Source: Vicinamibacteria bacterium
GTDB lineage: Bacteria > Acidobacteriota > Vicinamibacteria > Marinacidobacterales > Marinacidobacteraceae
Length of the DNA: 64,000 nucleotides
Direction of reading: 5' to 3'
Assembly: GCA_963422395.1 (NCBI GenBank)
Contig: OY729431.1
Location: 96,001-160,000 of the forward strand
Positions 49,504 to 57,905 of the stretch are shown here, piece by piece. A model generated the notes under the pieces. It made no database searches. It was not told where the DNA came from and saw only the letters and a program-made list of their open reading frames with translations. The translations under genes and the position numbers were made by a program. Position 1 is the stretch's first letter, and each line of letters starts with the position of its first letter.

Positions 49504-49575
49504 TTGTCGCTCACTTTTTACCGATTTGTGAGACTCGGGGCTTGTTGTCGCTCACTATTTGCTGTTTCGTGAGAC
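49504..49575. promoter_or_regulatory. Tandem operator-like repeat upstream of fic
   Basis: TTGTCGCTCACT-N12-GTGAGAC twice, period 41 bp; each unit has a CTCAC..GTGAG dyad. Confidence 0.65.
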
Positions 49576-49660
49576 ATCCGATTTCGGGTGCGGTCCGCCG
49601 CCTCCTATCTTGTCGATTCGTCCCGAGGGCCGATAATGACGGGTTCGCGCGCGCATCCTG

Positions 49661-50248
49661 ATGAGCGGTTACTTCGATCTACGGTCCGAGCTCTACCGGC
49701 GGGCCTTCGCTGCGGCGCTCCCGTACCCGGAGTACCGGGCTCTCGGGAACGGGCGCGAGCATGCCGCGTGGGGCCGCGCCGAAGCGGCGGTTCCGGCGCT
49801 CCCCGAAGACGCCGCCGCCCGGCTCGATCCGGCGGGGCGCGCGGTGAAGCTGCTGTGCCTGAGCGGTCTCTGGTGCGGGGACTGCGCGCGCTCGGTGCCG
49901 ATCCTCGCCCGGCTGGAAGAAGCGGCGGGGCCTTCGCTCGAGCTGCGGCTCCTGGACCGGGATGCCGTGCCGGAACTACGGGATGAGCTTCGCGTTCTGG
50001 GGGCGATGCGGGTTCCGGTAGCGCTTTTCCTGACTGAGGATCTCCACGAGATCGGACGCTTCGGCGACCGGCCGCTGAGCGTGTACCGGGGGAAGGCGGC
50101 GACCGAACTCGGGGCCGCCTGCCCGCTTCCGGGTGCGGCCGACGGAGGGGCGCTCGCCGCCGAGACCGCCGAATGGCTGGATGTCTTCGAGCGAATGATC
50201 CTGATGGCGCGTCTCGCGCCGCCGCTCCGGGCGCGTCATGGCGATTGA
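49661..50248 (+). CDS. Thioredoxin-family protein
   Basis: WCGDC, RVPVALFL. Confidence 0.85.
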   Translation: MSGYFDLRSELYRRAFAAALPYPEYRALGNGREHAAWGRAEAAVPALPEDAAARLDPAGRAVKLLCLSGLWCGDCARSVPILARLEEAAGPSLELRLLDRDAVPELRDELRVLGAMRVPVALFLTEDLHEIGRFGDRPLSVYRGKAATELGAACPLPGAADGGALAAETAEWLDVFERMILMARLAPPLRARHGD

Positions 50249-50350
50249 AATGACGATTGGATCGAGAGCGATGGGGCGAGAGGCGGACTTCCGGCTCCTG
50301 GATTCCGGTCCCGCCGGCCTCGGGCCGCCGCGCTTCGAAGAGGCCGGCTG

Positions 50351-52159
50351 ATGCTGGACCTCTGGCGGCGGCTCCTCCCCTACCTCGCGCGCTATCGGCG
50401 CCGGCTGGTGGCCGGCCTCGTCGCGCTCGCGCTCTGCCGGGTCTTCTTCCTGGTGGTGCCGCAGATCCTGGAACGGGCGGTGGATGCGCTGCAAGCCGGA
50501 GTCACCGACGAACTCTGGGCCTACGGCGGGCTGATCGCGGCTGCCGCCGCGGGTTCCGCGGTGTTCCGCTTCTACATGCGCTGGTACCTGATCGGGGTGT
50601 CCCGTTTCGCCGAGTACGACATGCGGCGGGATTTCTACGCGCGGCTCCAGGAGCTGCCCGCGACCTTCTACGCGCGCTACCGGGTCGGCGACATCCTGTC
50701 GCGGGGCGCGCAGGACATGAACGCAGTGCGGATGGTGCTGGGGCCGGGGGTCATGTATCCGGTGGAGACCGTCATCACCACGGTGGGTTGCTTCGCCTTC
50801 ATGCTGGCGATCAGCCCGCGGCTCACTCTGGTGGCGCTGGCGGTCATGCCGATGGTCTCGATCCTCATGAAGGTGCTCGGGGAAAAGATCTTCCGTCGGT
50901 CGGAGGTGGTGCAGGCGAAGATGGCCGACATCTCGGCGGTGGTCCAGGAGAACGCCGCTGCAGCGCGCCTCGTCCGCGCCTTCGTGCAAGAGGACGCCCA
51001 GCGCGAGATCTTCCGCAAGGAGAACGAGGCCTACGCGTCGCGCAGCATGGAACTGATCGCGGTCAGCGCGGCGCTCTTCCCGTTGCTGCTCACGCTGATC
51101 GGCATGGGGCTCGCCGGCGCTCTGGTCGTCGGCGGGCGGTTCGTCATCAGCGGCGCGATCAGTCTGGGCGAGCTGGTCGCCTTCCTCTTCTACTACGGGT
51201 ATCTGACTTGGCCGATGATCGCCCTCGGCTGGGTGGTGAACATCCACCAGCGCGGCGCCGCCTCCATGAAACGGCTGGCGGCGATCTTCGACGCGAGCCC
51301 GCTTCCGACGCCCGCAGCCGGCGGCGGCCCATCCCCGCTGCCTTCCCATCCGTCTCCGAGCGCCCCGCCCTCCATCGAGTTCCGGGGGGTCCGCTTCGCC
51401 TACCCCGGTCCCGCCGATCGGAACGGCGCGACCGGTCCCGCTCCCCGCCCGGTGCTCTCCGACTTCGACCTCACCATAGCCCCCGGCCAGACGGTGGCGC
51501 TCGTGGGGCGCACCGGCAGCGGCAAGAGCACGGTGGCCCGGCTCATCCCCCGTATCTACGACGCGCAGGAGGGCTCGGTGCGGATCGGCGGGCGCGATGT
51601 CCGGGAGGTCCCCCTGGACGAGCTGCGGAGCGCGATCGGTTTCGTGCCCCAGGACAGCTTCCTCTTCTCCCTGACCCTTCGGGACAACCTCTCTTTCGGC
51701 GACGCCGGGGCGCCCGTCTCCGAGGTGCACCGGGTCGCCCGGGAGGCTGGCATCGCCGCCGACATCGAGGGCTTTCCCGACGGCTACGCAACGATGGTCG
51801 GAGAACGCGGAGTGACGCTTTCCGGCGGCCAGCGGCAGCGGACGGCGATCGCCCGCGCCCTGTTGCTCGATGCGCCGATCCTGGTGCTCGACGATGTGCT
51901 GAGCGCGGTGGATTCCGAGACCGAGTCCCGTATCCTCGAAGCGGTGCGGCACGCTTCCAGGGAGCGCACCACCCTCATCGTCGCCCACCGACTGAGCACG
52001 GTGAAGGAGGCCGACGCCATCTACCTGCTCGACGCCGACGAGAGCGGGGTGACCCGGATCGTCGAGCGGGGCGCCCACGAGGAGCTGATCGCTGCCGGAG
52101 GGCTCTACGCCAGCATGTACCGGCGGCAGATGCTCGAAGAGGAGCTCTCGAGCCTGTGA
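50351..52159 (+). CDS. ABC exporter, fused permease-ATPase
   Basis: TM domain; GRTGSGKS, LSGGQRQR, LDDVLSAVD. Confidence 0.93.
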   Translation: MLDLWRRLLPYLARYRRRLVAGLVALALCRVFFLVVPQILERAVDALQAGVTDELWAYGGLIAAAAAGSAVFRFYMRWYLIGVSRFAEYDMRRDFYARLQELPATFYARYRVGDILSRGAQDMNAVRMVLGPGVMYPVETVITTVGCFAFMLAISPRLTLVALAVMPMVSILMKVLGEKIFRRSEVVQAKMADISAVVQENAAAARLVRAFVQEDAQREIFRKENEAYASRSMELIAVSAALFPLLLTLIGMGLAGALVVGGRFVISGAISLGELVAFLFYYGYLTWPMIALGWVVNIHQRGAASMKRLAAIFDASPLPTPAAGGGPSPLPSHPSPSAPPSIEFRGVRFAYPGPADRNGATGPAPRPVLSDFDLTIAPGQTVALVGRTGSGKSTVARLIPRIYDAQEGSVRIGGRDVREVPLDELRSAIGFVPQDSFLFSLTLRDNLSFGDAGAPVSEVHRVAREAGIAADIEGFPDGYATMVGERGVTLSGGQRQRTAIARALLLDAPILVLDDVLSAVDSETESRILEAVRHASRERTTLIVAHRLSTVKEADAIYLLDADESGVTRIVERGAHEELIAAGGLYASMYRRQMLEEELSSL

Positions 52160-53952
52160 TCTCCGAAAACGCCCCCGGAAGAAGAGCCCCGGCGGCGCCG
52201 CGGGCCGACCGGCGGCTGCTCACGAACATGCTGCCCTATGTGGCGCCGTACTGGCCGTTCGTGGCTTTAGGAGTGGGGCTCGTGCTGATCGGCGCCGGAG
52301 CGCAGCTCGCCGGTCCCTACCTGACCCGAATCGCCCTCGACGACTACATCGCCGCCGGCGATCTCGACGGCCTGTTCCGCATCCTGGGTCTCTACGCGGT
52401 GATCCTCGCGGCCGGTTTCGCCGCTGCCTACGGACAGGCGTGGATCGTGAACCTGTTCGGCCAGCGGGTCATGCGCGACATTCGGCGGGATGTTTTCGAC
52501 CACATCCAGAAGCTCCACACCGGCTGGTTCGACCGCCACCCGATCGGTCAAGTGGTCACCCGCGCCACCAGCGATGTGGACGCCCTGAACGAGCTGCTGA
52601 GCTCGGGAGTGGTGATGATCGTGACCGATGTGGTGCTGCTGGTCGGGATCATGACCGCGCTCCTGCTCATGAACTGGCAGCTCGCTCTCGTCACCTTCGG
52701 GGCGGTGCCGGCCCTCTTCCTCGCCGGCTGGATCTTCCGCCGCCGGATCCGGCCCGCGTTCCGCCGGGTGCGGGCGGCGGTCGCCTCGGTGAACGCCTTC
52801 ATCCAGGAGACCCTGACCGGGATGGAGGTGTTGCAGCTCTTCCGGCAGGAGCGCCGCCGCGCCCGGGAATACCGGGTTCTGAACCGGGAGCACACCGGCG
52901 CCCACCTCGACACCGTGTTCTGCTTCTCGGTCTTCTATCCGGTGGTCGAGATGATCACCGCGGTCACCATCGCGCTGATCGTCGGCTACGGCGGATCGAG
53001 GATCGGTACCGGGACGCTGACCGTCGGAGGGCTGGTCGCCTTCCTGATGTACTCGGAGATGTTCTTCCGGCCCATCCGCGACCTCACCGAGAAGTTCAAC
53101 ATCTTGCAGGGCGCGATGGCGGCGTCGGAGCGGATCGTCGAGCTGCTGGAGACCGAGCCGGCGATCCGCTCGAGAACACGCTCGCGCCTGCCCGCCCACC
53201 GGCCCGGCTCCCTGCGGCTCGAAAAAATCTCGTTCGCCTACAACGCCGACGATTGGGTGCTGCGGGACATCGACCTGCAAGTGGAGCCCGGCGAGACGGT
53301 GGCGCTCGTCGGACATACCGGATCGGGGAAGACCACTCTCGCCGGTTTGCTGCTCCGCCTCTACGATGTCCAGCGCGGGGCGGTGCTGGTGGATGGCCTC
53401 GATGTGCGCGAATGGAAGGTCCCGGAACTGCGCCGCCAGTTCTCGATGGTCCAGCAGGATGTGCATCTGTTCTCCGGAACCGTGCTCGACAACATCCGTC
53501 TCGGCGACGAGGAGATCAGCGAGGAGGACGCCCGCCGGGCGGCGGAGGCCGCCGAAGTGACCGGCTGGGCCCGGAACCTGCCCGCCGGGCTGGAAACCCG
53601 TCTCGGCGAACGCGGCGGCGGGCTTTCGCAGGGGCAGCGCCAGCTTGTCGGGATCGCCCGGGCGATGGCGCGGAGTTCGCGGGTGTTGGTGCTCGATGAG
53701 GCCACTTCCAGCGTGGATACCGAGACGGAGCGCGCCGTCCAGACGGCGCTCGCCCGGGTGCTCGAAAATCGGACCAGCCTGGTGATCGCCCACCGGCTCT
53801 CCACGATCCGGGGCGCCGACCGCATCGTGGTACTCCACCGGGGCCGAATCCGGGAGAGCGGCACCCACGGCGAGCTGCTCGAAGCCGGAGGGATCTACCG
53901 GAGACTGTACGAATTGCAGTTCGCCGAGGAGGCGGTGCTGGCCGCCGGCTGA
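52156..53952 (+). CDS. ABC exporter, second subunit of the heterodimer
   Basis: GTG 52156 overlaps the upstream stop; GHTGSGKT, LSQGQRQ, LDEATSSVD. Confidence 0.93.
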   Translation: MISENAPGRRAPAAPRADRRLLTNMLPYVAPYWPFVALGVGLVLIGAGAQLAGPYLTRIALDDYIAAGDLDGLFRILGLYAVILAAGFAAAYGQAWIVNLFGQRVMRDIRRDVFDHIQKLHTGWFDRHPIGQVVTRATSDVDALNELLSSGVVMIVTDVVLLVGIMTALLLMNWQLALVTFGAVPALFLAGWIFRRRIRPAFRRVRAAVASVNAFIQETLTGMEVLQLFRQERRRAREYRVLNREHTGAHLDTVFCFSVFYPVVEMITAVTIALIVGYGGSRIGTGTLTVGGLVAFLMYSEMFFRPIRDLTEKFNILQGAMAASERIVELLETEPAIRSRTRSRLPAHRPGSLRLEKISFAYNADDWVLRDIDLQVEPGETVALVGHTGSGKTTLAGLLLRLYDVQRGAVLVDGLDVREWKVPELRRQFSMVQQDVHLFSGTVLDNIRLGDEEISEEDARRAAEAAEVTGWARNLPAGLETRLGERGGGLSQGQRQLVGIARAMARSSRVLVLDEATSSVDTETERAVQTALARVLENRTSLVIAHRLSTIRGADRIVVLHRGRIRESGTHGELLEAGGIYRRLYELQFAEEAVLAAG

Positions 53953-53959
53953 GGGGGAG

Positions 53960-54388
53960 ATGGCCGTCCCGCTGCGCCTCGATCAGGCCGGCGTTCTCGA
54001 AGTGCTTCCCCACCGGGAACCGTTCCTGTTCCTCCACGGAGTCTCGGATCTGGTTCCCGGCCAGCGCGCGCGCGGGTTCGTGATCATTCCGGCGGACCAC
54101 CCCTACGGCTTCGGCCAGCCGCACCTTCCCGCCGGGCTCATCATCGAAGCGATGGCGCAGCTCGGCGGGGTGGCGATGCTCTACGAACAGCGCGAAGAAA
54201 AACCCATCGCGCTCTTCCGCTCGGTGGCGAACTTCGTGATGGAACGGACCGCAGACTTCGGGGTCCGGCTCGACCTCTCAGCGGAGGTCGGCCGGATTCG
54301 GGGACGGCTCGGCGAGGTCAGCACCCGAGCGAGCGTCGGAGGAAAACCGATCGCTAGCGCCCTCCTGGGCTTTGCGGTGATGCGATGA
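53960..54388 (+). CDS. FabZ/FabA-like hotdog-fold protein
   Basis: LPHREPFLFL, LIIEAMAQ; canonical GHFP absent. Confidence 0.75.
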   Translation: MAVPLRLDQAGVLEVLPHREPFLFLHGVSDLVPGQRARGFVIIPADHPYGFGQPHLPAGLIIEAMAQLGGVAMLYEQREEKPIALFRSVANFVMERTADFGVRLDLSAEVGRIRGRLGEVSTRASVGGKPIASALLGFAVMR

Positions 54389-54442
54389 CCGGGAGCTGGA
54401 CCCGGCGGCGCCCGCCTTCCGGGCCTTCGGCGGGCCTGACTC

Positions 54443-54619
54443 GGGAGAACTGGGCCTCCCCCGTTCTCCCGGTGGGGGCGCCCGGCGGGCAAGGCGCGGG
54501 AGGGAGGAATGCCGGGAGTATTTCGAGCGAAACGCAACGATGAGCGCCGTGAAACGGGGCGGTTCAGCCGAGATGCATCGCCGGCCTTTGGCCGTGTGAC
54601 TTTGTCCACAGGCTGCTAG
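54443..54619. mobile_element. MITE copy 6, chimeric, lacking the left end
   Basis: Body nearly matches copy 1; right end TTGTCCACAGGCTG-CTAG; left end replaced by a GGGAGAAC..GTTCTCCC hairpin. Confidence 0.8.
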
Positions 54620-54629
54620 ACTCGCCACG

Positions 54630-54863
54630 ATGACAGATCGGGTACGCACGATTCTCCAGGGCGCGGGGAGCCTGTTGGACATCTTTCCCGAGACAGGGCG
54701 GTACCAGGAACTAGTCCCGAAGGGGACTGTCGCCGAGCGTCTCGGCGGTCATTGGGAGCGGGTCGGACAGCACATCGCCGCGGCCACTCGGCAGTTCGGC
54801 AGTGAAGAAGCGAACGCAGCGTCGAAGGAGAAAACTCCTTCCGAGTCCTCCGAACGGCGCTGA
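54630..54863 (+). CDS. Small hypothetical protein (77 aa)
   Basis: GAGSLLDIFP..HWERVG; overlaps the DUF2335-like gene. Confidence 0.65.
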   Translation: MTDRVRTILQGAGSLLDIFPETGRYQELVPKGTVAERLGGHWERVGQHIAAATRQFGSEEANAASKEKTPSESSERR

Positions 54864-55245
54864 CCGCGCGGTCGGATCGGCCGCGGCGGGCAGCGTTCGG
54901 GTCACCCGGTTCCAAGGTCCACTGCCGCCGCCGGCAGTGCTCCAAGGCTATGAAGGCGTCATTCCCGGGGCAGCGGCCCGCATCCTCGCGATGGCTGAGC
55001 GGGAGCAATCGGCGCAACAGGATCTAGCGGAGAAGGTGGTGTCACAAGCCGCCGCGGACAGGAGACGGGGCCAATATCTCGGCCTCATGACGGTATTGGC
55101 GGCACTGGGAGCCGCATCGTTCCTCGGTTATCTGGGCCATGCTGCCGCCGCCGGCATGGTGGGAGGGACGACCGTCTGCGGACTCGCAGCGGTCTTTGCG
55201 ATGGGGAGGCGAGGCGCTTCGGCGCCGCCGGGCCGTTCGTCATGA
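54802..55245 (+). CDS. DUF2335-like two-TM membrane protein
   Basis: FQGPLPPP..L..YE..IPGAA.RIL.MAE.EQ, RGQYLG, two TM helices. Confidence 0.85.
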   Translation: MKKRTQRRRRKLLPSPPNGADRAVGSAAAGSVRVTRFQGPLPPPAVLQGYEGVIPGAAARILAMAEREQSAQQDLAEKVVSQAAADRRRGQYLGLMTVLAALGAASFLGYLGHAAAAGMVGGTTVCGLAAVFAMGRRGASAPPGRSS

Positions 55246-56003
55246 GCGCTGCCGTCGTCGGTGTGAGCCCTTCTCGCTTGCTGCTCCCCCGCCAGGAGCA
55301 GCGTCTCCCGGTACTGCATGGGAAACGAGTCGAGGAGCTCGCTCCGTCGGACTTCTTGGGATCGATGAACGAAGTCGAAGTTCGGAACGCACCGAAGACG
55401 ATCTTCGCAGCCGGGGATATCTCCCTTCTGAAATCCGGCCGTCGCGTATCTGTCGTCGGGTCTCGGAAGGCGGCCCCTGAAGATCTGGAGCGCGCACGCA
55501 GGCTCGTGGGAGAGCTCGTCTCCCGATGTGTCACCGTCGTAAGCGGGCTCGCCGCCGGGATCGACACCGCCGCCCATCGGAAGGCACTGGAAATGCGCGG
55601 ACGCACGCTCGCGGTTCTCGCTACGCCTCTGGATCGGACTTATCCGAAGTCCAATATCGAGCTTCAAGAGCAGATCGTTAGTTCCGATCTCGCCATCTCG
55701 CAATATGCATTCGGAACGAAAGTGCGCCGTGAAAATTTCGTGAGCCGCAATCGAACGATGGCGCTTCTCTGCGACGCGACGATCATCGTTGCCGCCGACG
55801 AAACTAGCGGTACGCAGCATCAGGGCTGGGAGGCGATTCGTCTAGGGCGCCCTCTCTTCTTCCTGGATCATCTGCTGGATCGGAATGTCTCCTGGATACG
55901 AGAACAGATGCAGTACGGCGCGGATTCGCTCGGTCCCGAAAACCTCGACCTGTTCTTCGAGCACTTGCCGGAACGCGGGGCATTCGAAAGTTTTGCTTTC
56001 TGA
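55242..56003 (+). CDS. DprA/Smf-like SLOG-domain protein (stand-alone Rossmann core)
   Basis: VSVVGSR, VVSGLAAGIDTAAH, NFVSRNRTMA, SGT. Confidence 0.92.
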   Translation: MSAAVVGVSPSRLLLPRQEQRLPVLHGKRVEELAPSDFLGSMNEVEVRNAPKTIFAAGDISLLKSGRRVSVVGSRKAAPEDLERARRLVGELVSRCVTVVSGLAAGIDTAAHRKALEMRGRTLAVLATPLDRTYPKSNIELQEQIVSSDLAISQYAFGTKVRRENFVSRNRTMALLCDATIIVAADETSGTQHQGWEAIRLGRPLFFLDHLLDRNVSWIREQMQYGADSLGPENLDLFFEHLPERGAFESFAF

Positions 56004-56619
56004 GATCCAGTGTCACTCGTACTTCGTCTATTCGCCGTGCGATCCATCGAGACGAGGAGTCCGGGCTCGAAACGCCTGTTATGCACTCAAGCGGGGCGAT
56101 GACGAGACCATCTCTGTCACTTGTCGATACCTGGCCGAGCACTTGGATGAAGAGTGGCGGTCAGATGTTTTCGGTCCGGAGAAGACTCTCGTTCCCGTGC
56201 CTCGGAGCGGACCTCTCCGTCGTCCCGATTCTCTGTGGCCCGCCAGAAATCTGGTGGAGGGTCTCGTCGAATTTGGACTCGGCCGGGATTGGCAGCCGCT
56301 GCTTCGCCGTAAGACAGGAGTACGGAAGTCGGCGACCGCACCGCCCGGAAAGCGACCGACAACCGCAGAGCACTTCGATTCCTTCGCGGTGATTCCGCCG
56401 AACCCGCATTGTGCGGCAGTTACCGTTGTCGACGACGTGATAACTAGGGGAGCGACGATGCTCGCCGCTATCTCCCGGCTTCGGAAAGCCCTGCCTGATA
56501 TATCGGTACAGGGGTTCGCTTGTTTCCGTACGATGAGCAATCAGCCGATAACGAGGAATCCGGTGCCCGTAGTCTGCCGGATCCGACTCGAAGGGGATCG
56601 GACAGTTCGGTCCCCGTAA
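55993..56619 (+). CDS. ComF-like phosphoribosyltransferase
   Basis: LVPVPRS, PRPP-binding VVDDVITRGAT; TTG start overlaps the dprA-like stop. Confidence 0.85.
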   Translation: MLSEIQCHSYFVYSPCDPSRRGVRARNACYALKRGDDETISVTCRYLAEHLDEEWRSDVFGPEKTLVPVPRSGPLRRPDSLWPARNLVEGLVEFGLGRDWQPLLRRKTGVRKSATAPPGKRPTTAEHFDSFAVIPPNPHCAAVTVVDDVITRGATMLAAISRLRKALPDISVQGFACFRTMSNQPITRNPVPVVCRIRLEGDRTVRSP

Positions 56620-56681
56620 CCTCCCATTCGCTGCTCGACCAGCCGATGCCAGACGCGCAGGCATCGGGAATCGATCCTCAA

Positions 56682-56722
56682 GCCGCCGGCACCGTGGGAA
56701 GGGTGACCGTCTGCGGACTCGC
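56682..56722 (+). repeat. 41 bp direct repeat of 55147-55187 (3' part of the DUF2335 gene)
   Basis: GCCGCCGGCA..GTGGGA.GG..GACCGTCTGCGGACTCGC, 36/41 identical. Confidence 0.85.
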
Positions 56723-56756
56723 CGCCGGGTCCGGAGCAGTCCTGACCCGGTTTCCG

Positions 56757-57905
56757 TCAGCGCGGGAGCGGTGGTTCCCCGGAGCGGGCGGGGAGCACCG
56801 AGGCGAGTACCGTTTCCAGGGCGTCGGCGGCGCGGTGCATGTCCTCGGCCCTCGTCCAGCCGAGGTGGCCGAGTCGCAGGACCTTGCCGGCGAAACGCCC
56901 GAGACCTCCAGCGAGGACGATGCCGTGCCGTTCCTTGAGCGTGAGGGAGAGGCGGGACCAGGATAGGCCGTCCGGCAGCCACGCGGCGGTGACGGTGTTC
57001 GAGGCGGAGGATTCGTCCGCCGCCACCAGGCGGAGACCCATCTCCTGGAGCCGGCTGCGGGCGGCAGCGGCGGCTTCCGCGTGGCGGCGGAACACGGCAT
57101 CGCGTCCTTCCCGGAGCAGGAGACGAACACCCGCCTCCATGGCGAAGAGGACCGGAAGCGCGGGGGTGAAGGGCAGGGAGCCGCGGCTTTGGGCTTCCCG
57201 ATAGCGATCGAAGCTCCAGTAGAAGCGGGGGAGCCTCGCGGTCCGCTCCGCCGCCTCGGCCCGTTCCGAGGTCCAGAGCATCGCCATTCCGGGCGGCAGA
57301 CCCCATGCCTTCTGGGAGGCGGTGAAGACCGCGTCGCAGGAATCCACCGCGAGGGGCATCGCGCCCAAGCTCGACACCGCGTCCACCAGCACCAGCGCGT
57401 CGCCGGCCTCGCGGACGGCCCGAATCAGTTCCGGCAGCGGATGGCGCACTCCGGTCGAGGTCTCCGAATGGGTGAGCAGTACGGCGCGGGTCTCCGGCTG
57501 GGCGGCGAGCGCCGCGCGGAGCCGCTCGGGATCGGCGGCTTCGCCCCATGGAGTCTGGAGGTCCAGGGTGTCCAACCCGAACGCTGTCGCTACCCCGAGG
57601 AAACGCTCGGCGAACTGGCCGCCGCCGCTCCCGATAACCCGGTCGCCGGGCGACAGGGTGTTGGCGACGGTCGCCTCCATCGCTCCGGTGCCGGAAGCAG
57701 TGAGCAGCACCGGCTGCCTCTCGCTCCCGAGAAACTCCGAGAACCCGTTCGTGATGCGGCCGAGGAGCGCCCGCATCTCCGGCCCCCGGTAGGACATCAT
57801 CGGCCGGGCCGCCGCTCGCGCCACCTCCGGATGCAGCGCGGTGGGGCCGGGAATCAGCAGGCCCGGCGGGATCGGGGCGCCAGGGGTGCGGCGGCCACCG
57901 GTCAC
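56757..57905 (-). CDS. Class V PLP aminotransferase (alanine/serine-glyoxylate family)
   Basis: LLIPGPT, SGTGAMEA, HSETSTGV, VDAVSS, SQKA, LRLGHLG. Confidence 0.92.
   Translation of the reverse strand: MTGGRRTPGAPIPPGLLIPGPTALHPEVARAAARPMMSYRGPEMRALLGRITNGFSEFLGSERQPVLLTASGTGAMEATVANTLSPGDRVIGSGGGQFAERFLGVATAFGLDTLDLQTPWGEAADPERLRAALAAQPETRAVLLTHSETSTGVRHPLPELIRAVREAGDALVLVDAVSSLGAMPLAVDSCDAVFTASQKAWGLPPGMAMLWTSERAEAAERTARLPRFYWSFDRYREAQSRGSLPFTPALPVLFAMEAGVRLLLREGRDAVFRRHAEAAAAARSRLQEMGLRLVAADESSASNTVTAAWLPDGLSWSRLSLTLKERHGIVLAGGLGRFAGKVLRLGHLGWTRAEDMHRAADALETVLASVLPARSGEPPLPR

Noticed and set aside
50257-52155. 1231-aa ABC fusion ORF
   Set aside because: The first half is an off-frame shadow of the 50351-52159 gene; there are two separate subunits with a GTGA overlap
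55242-56619. Natural competence locus dprA-comF
   Set aside because: Proteins lack the usual accessory domains and the ComF zinc ribbon; lower GC and insertion scars fit a mobile conflict module better
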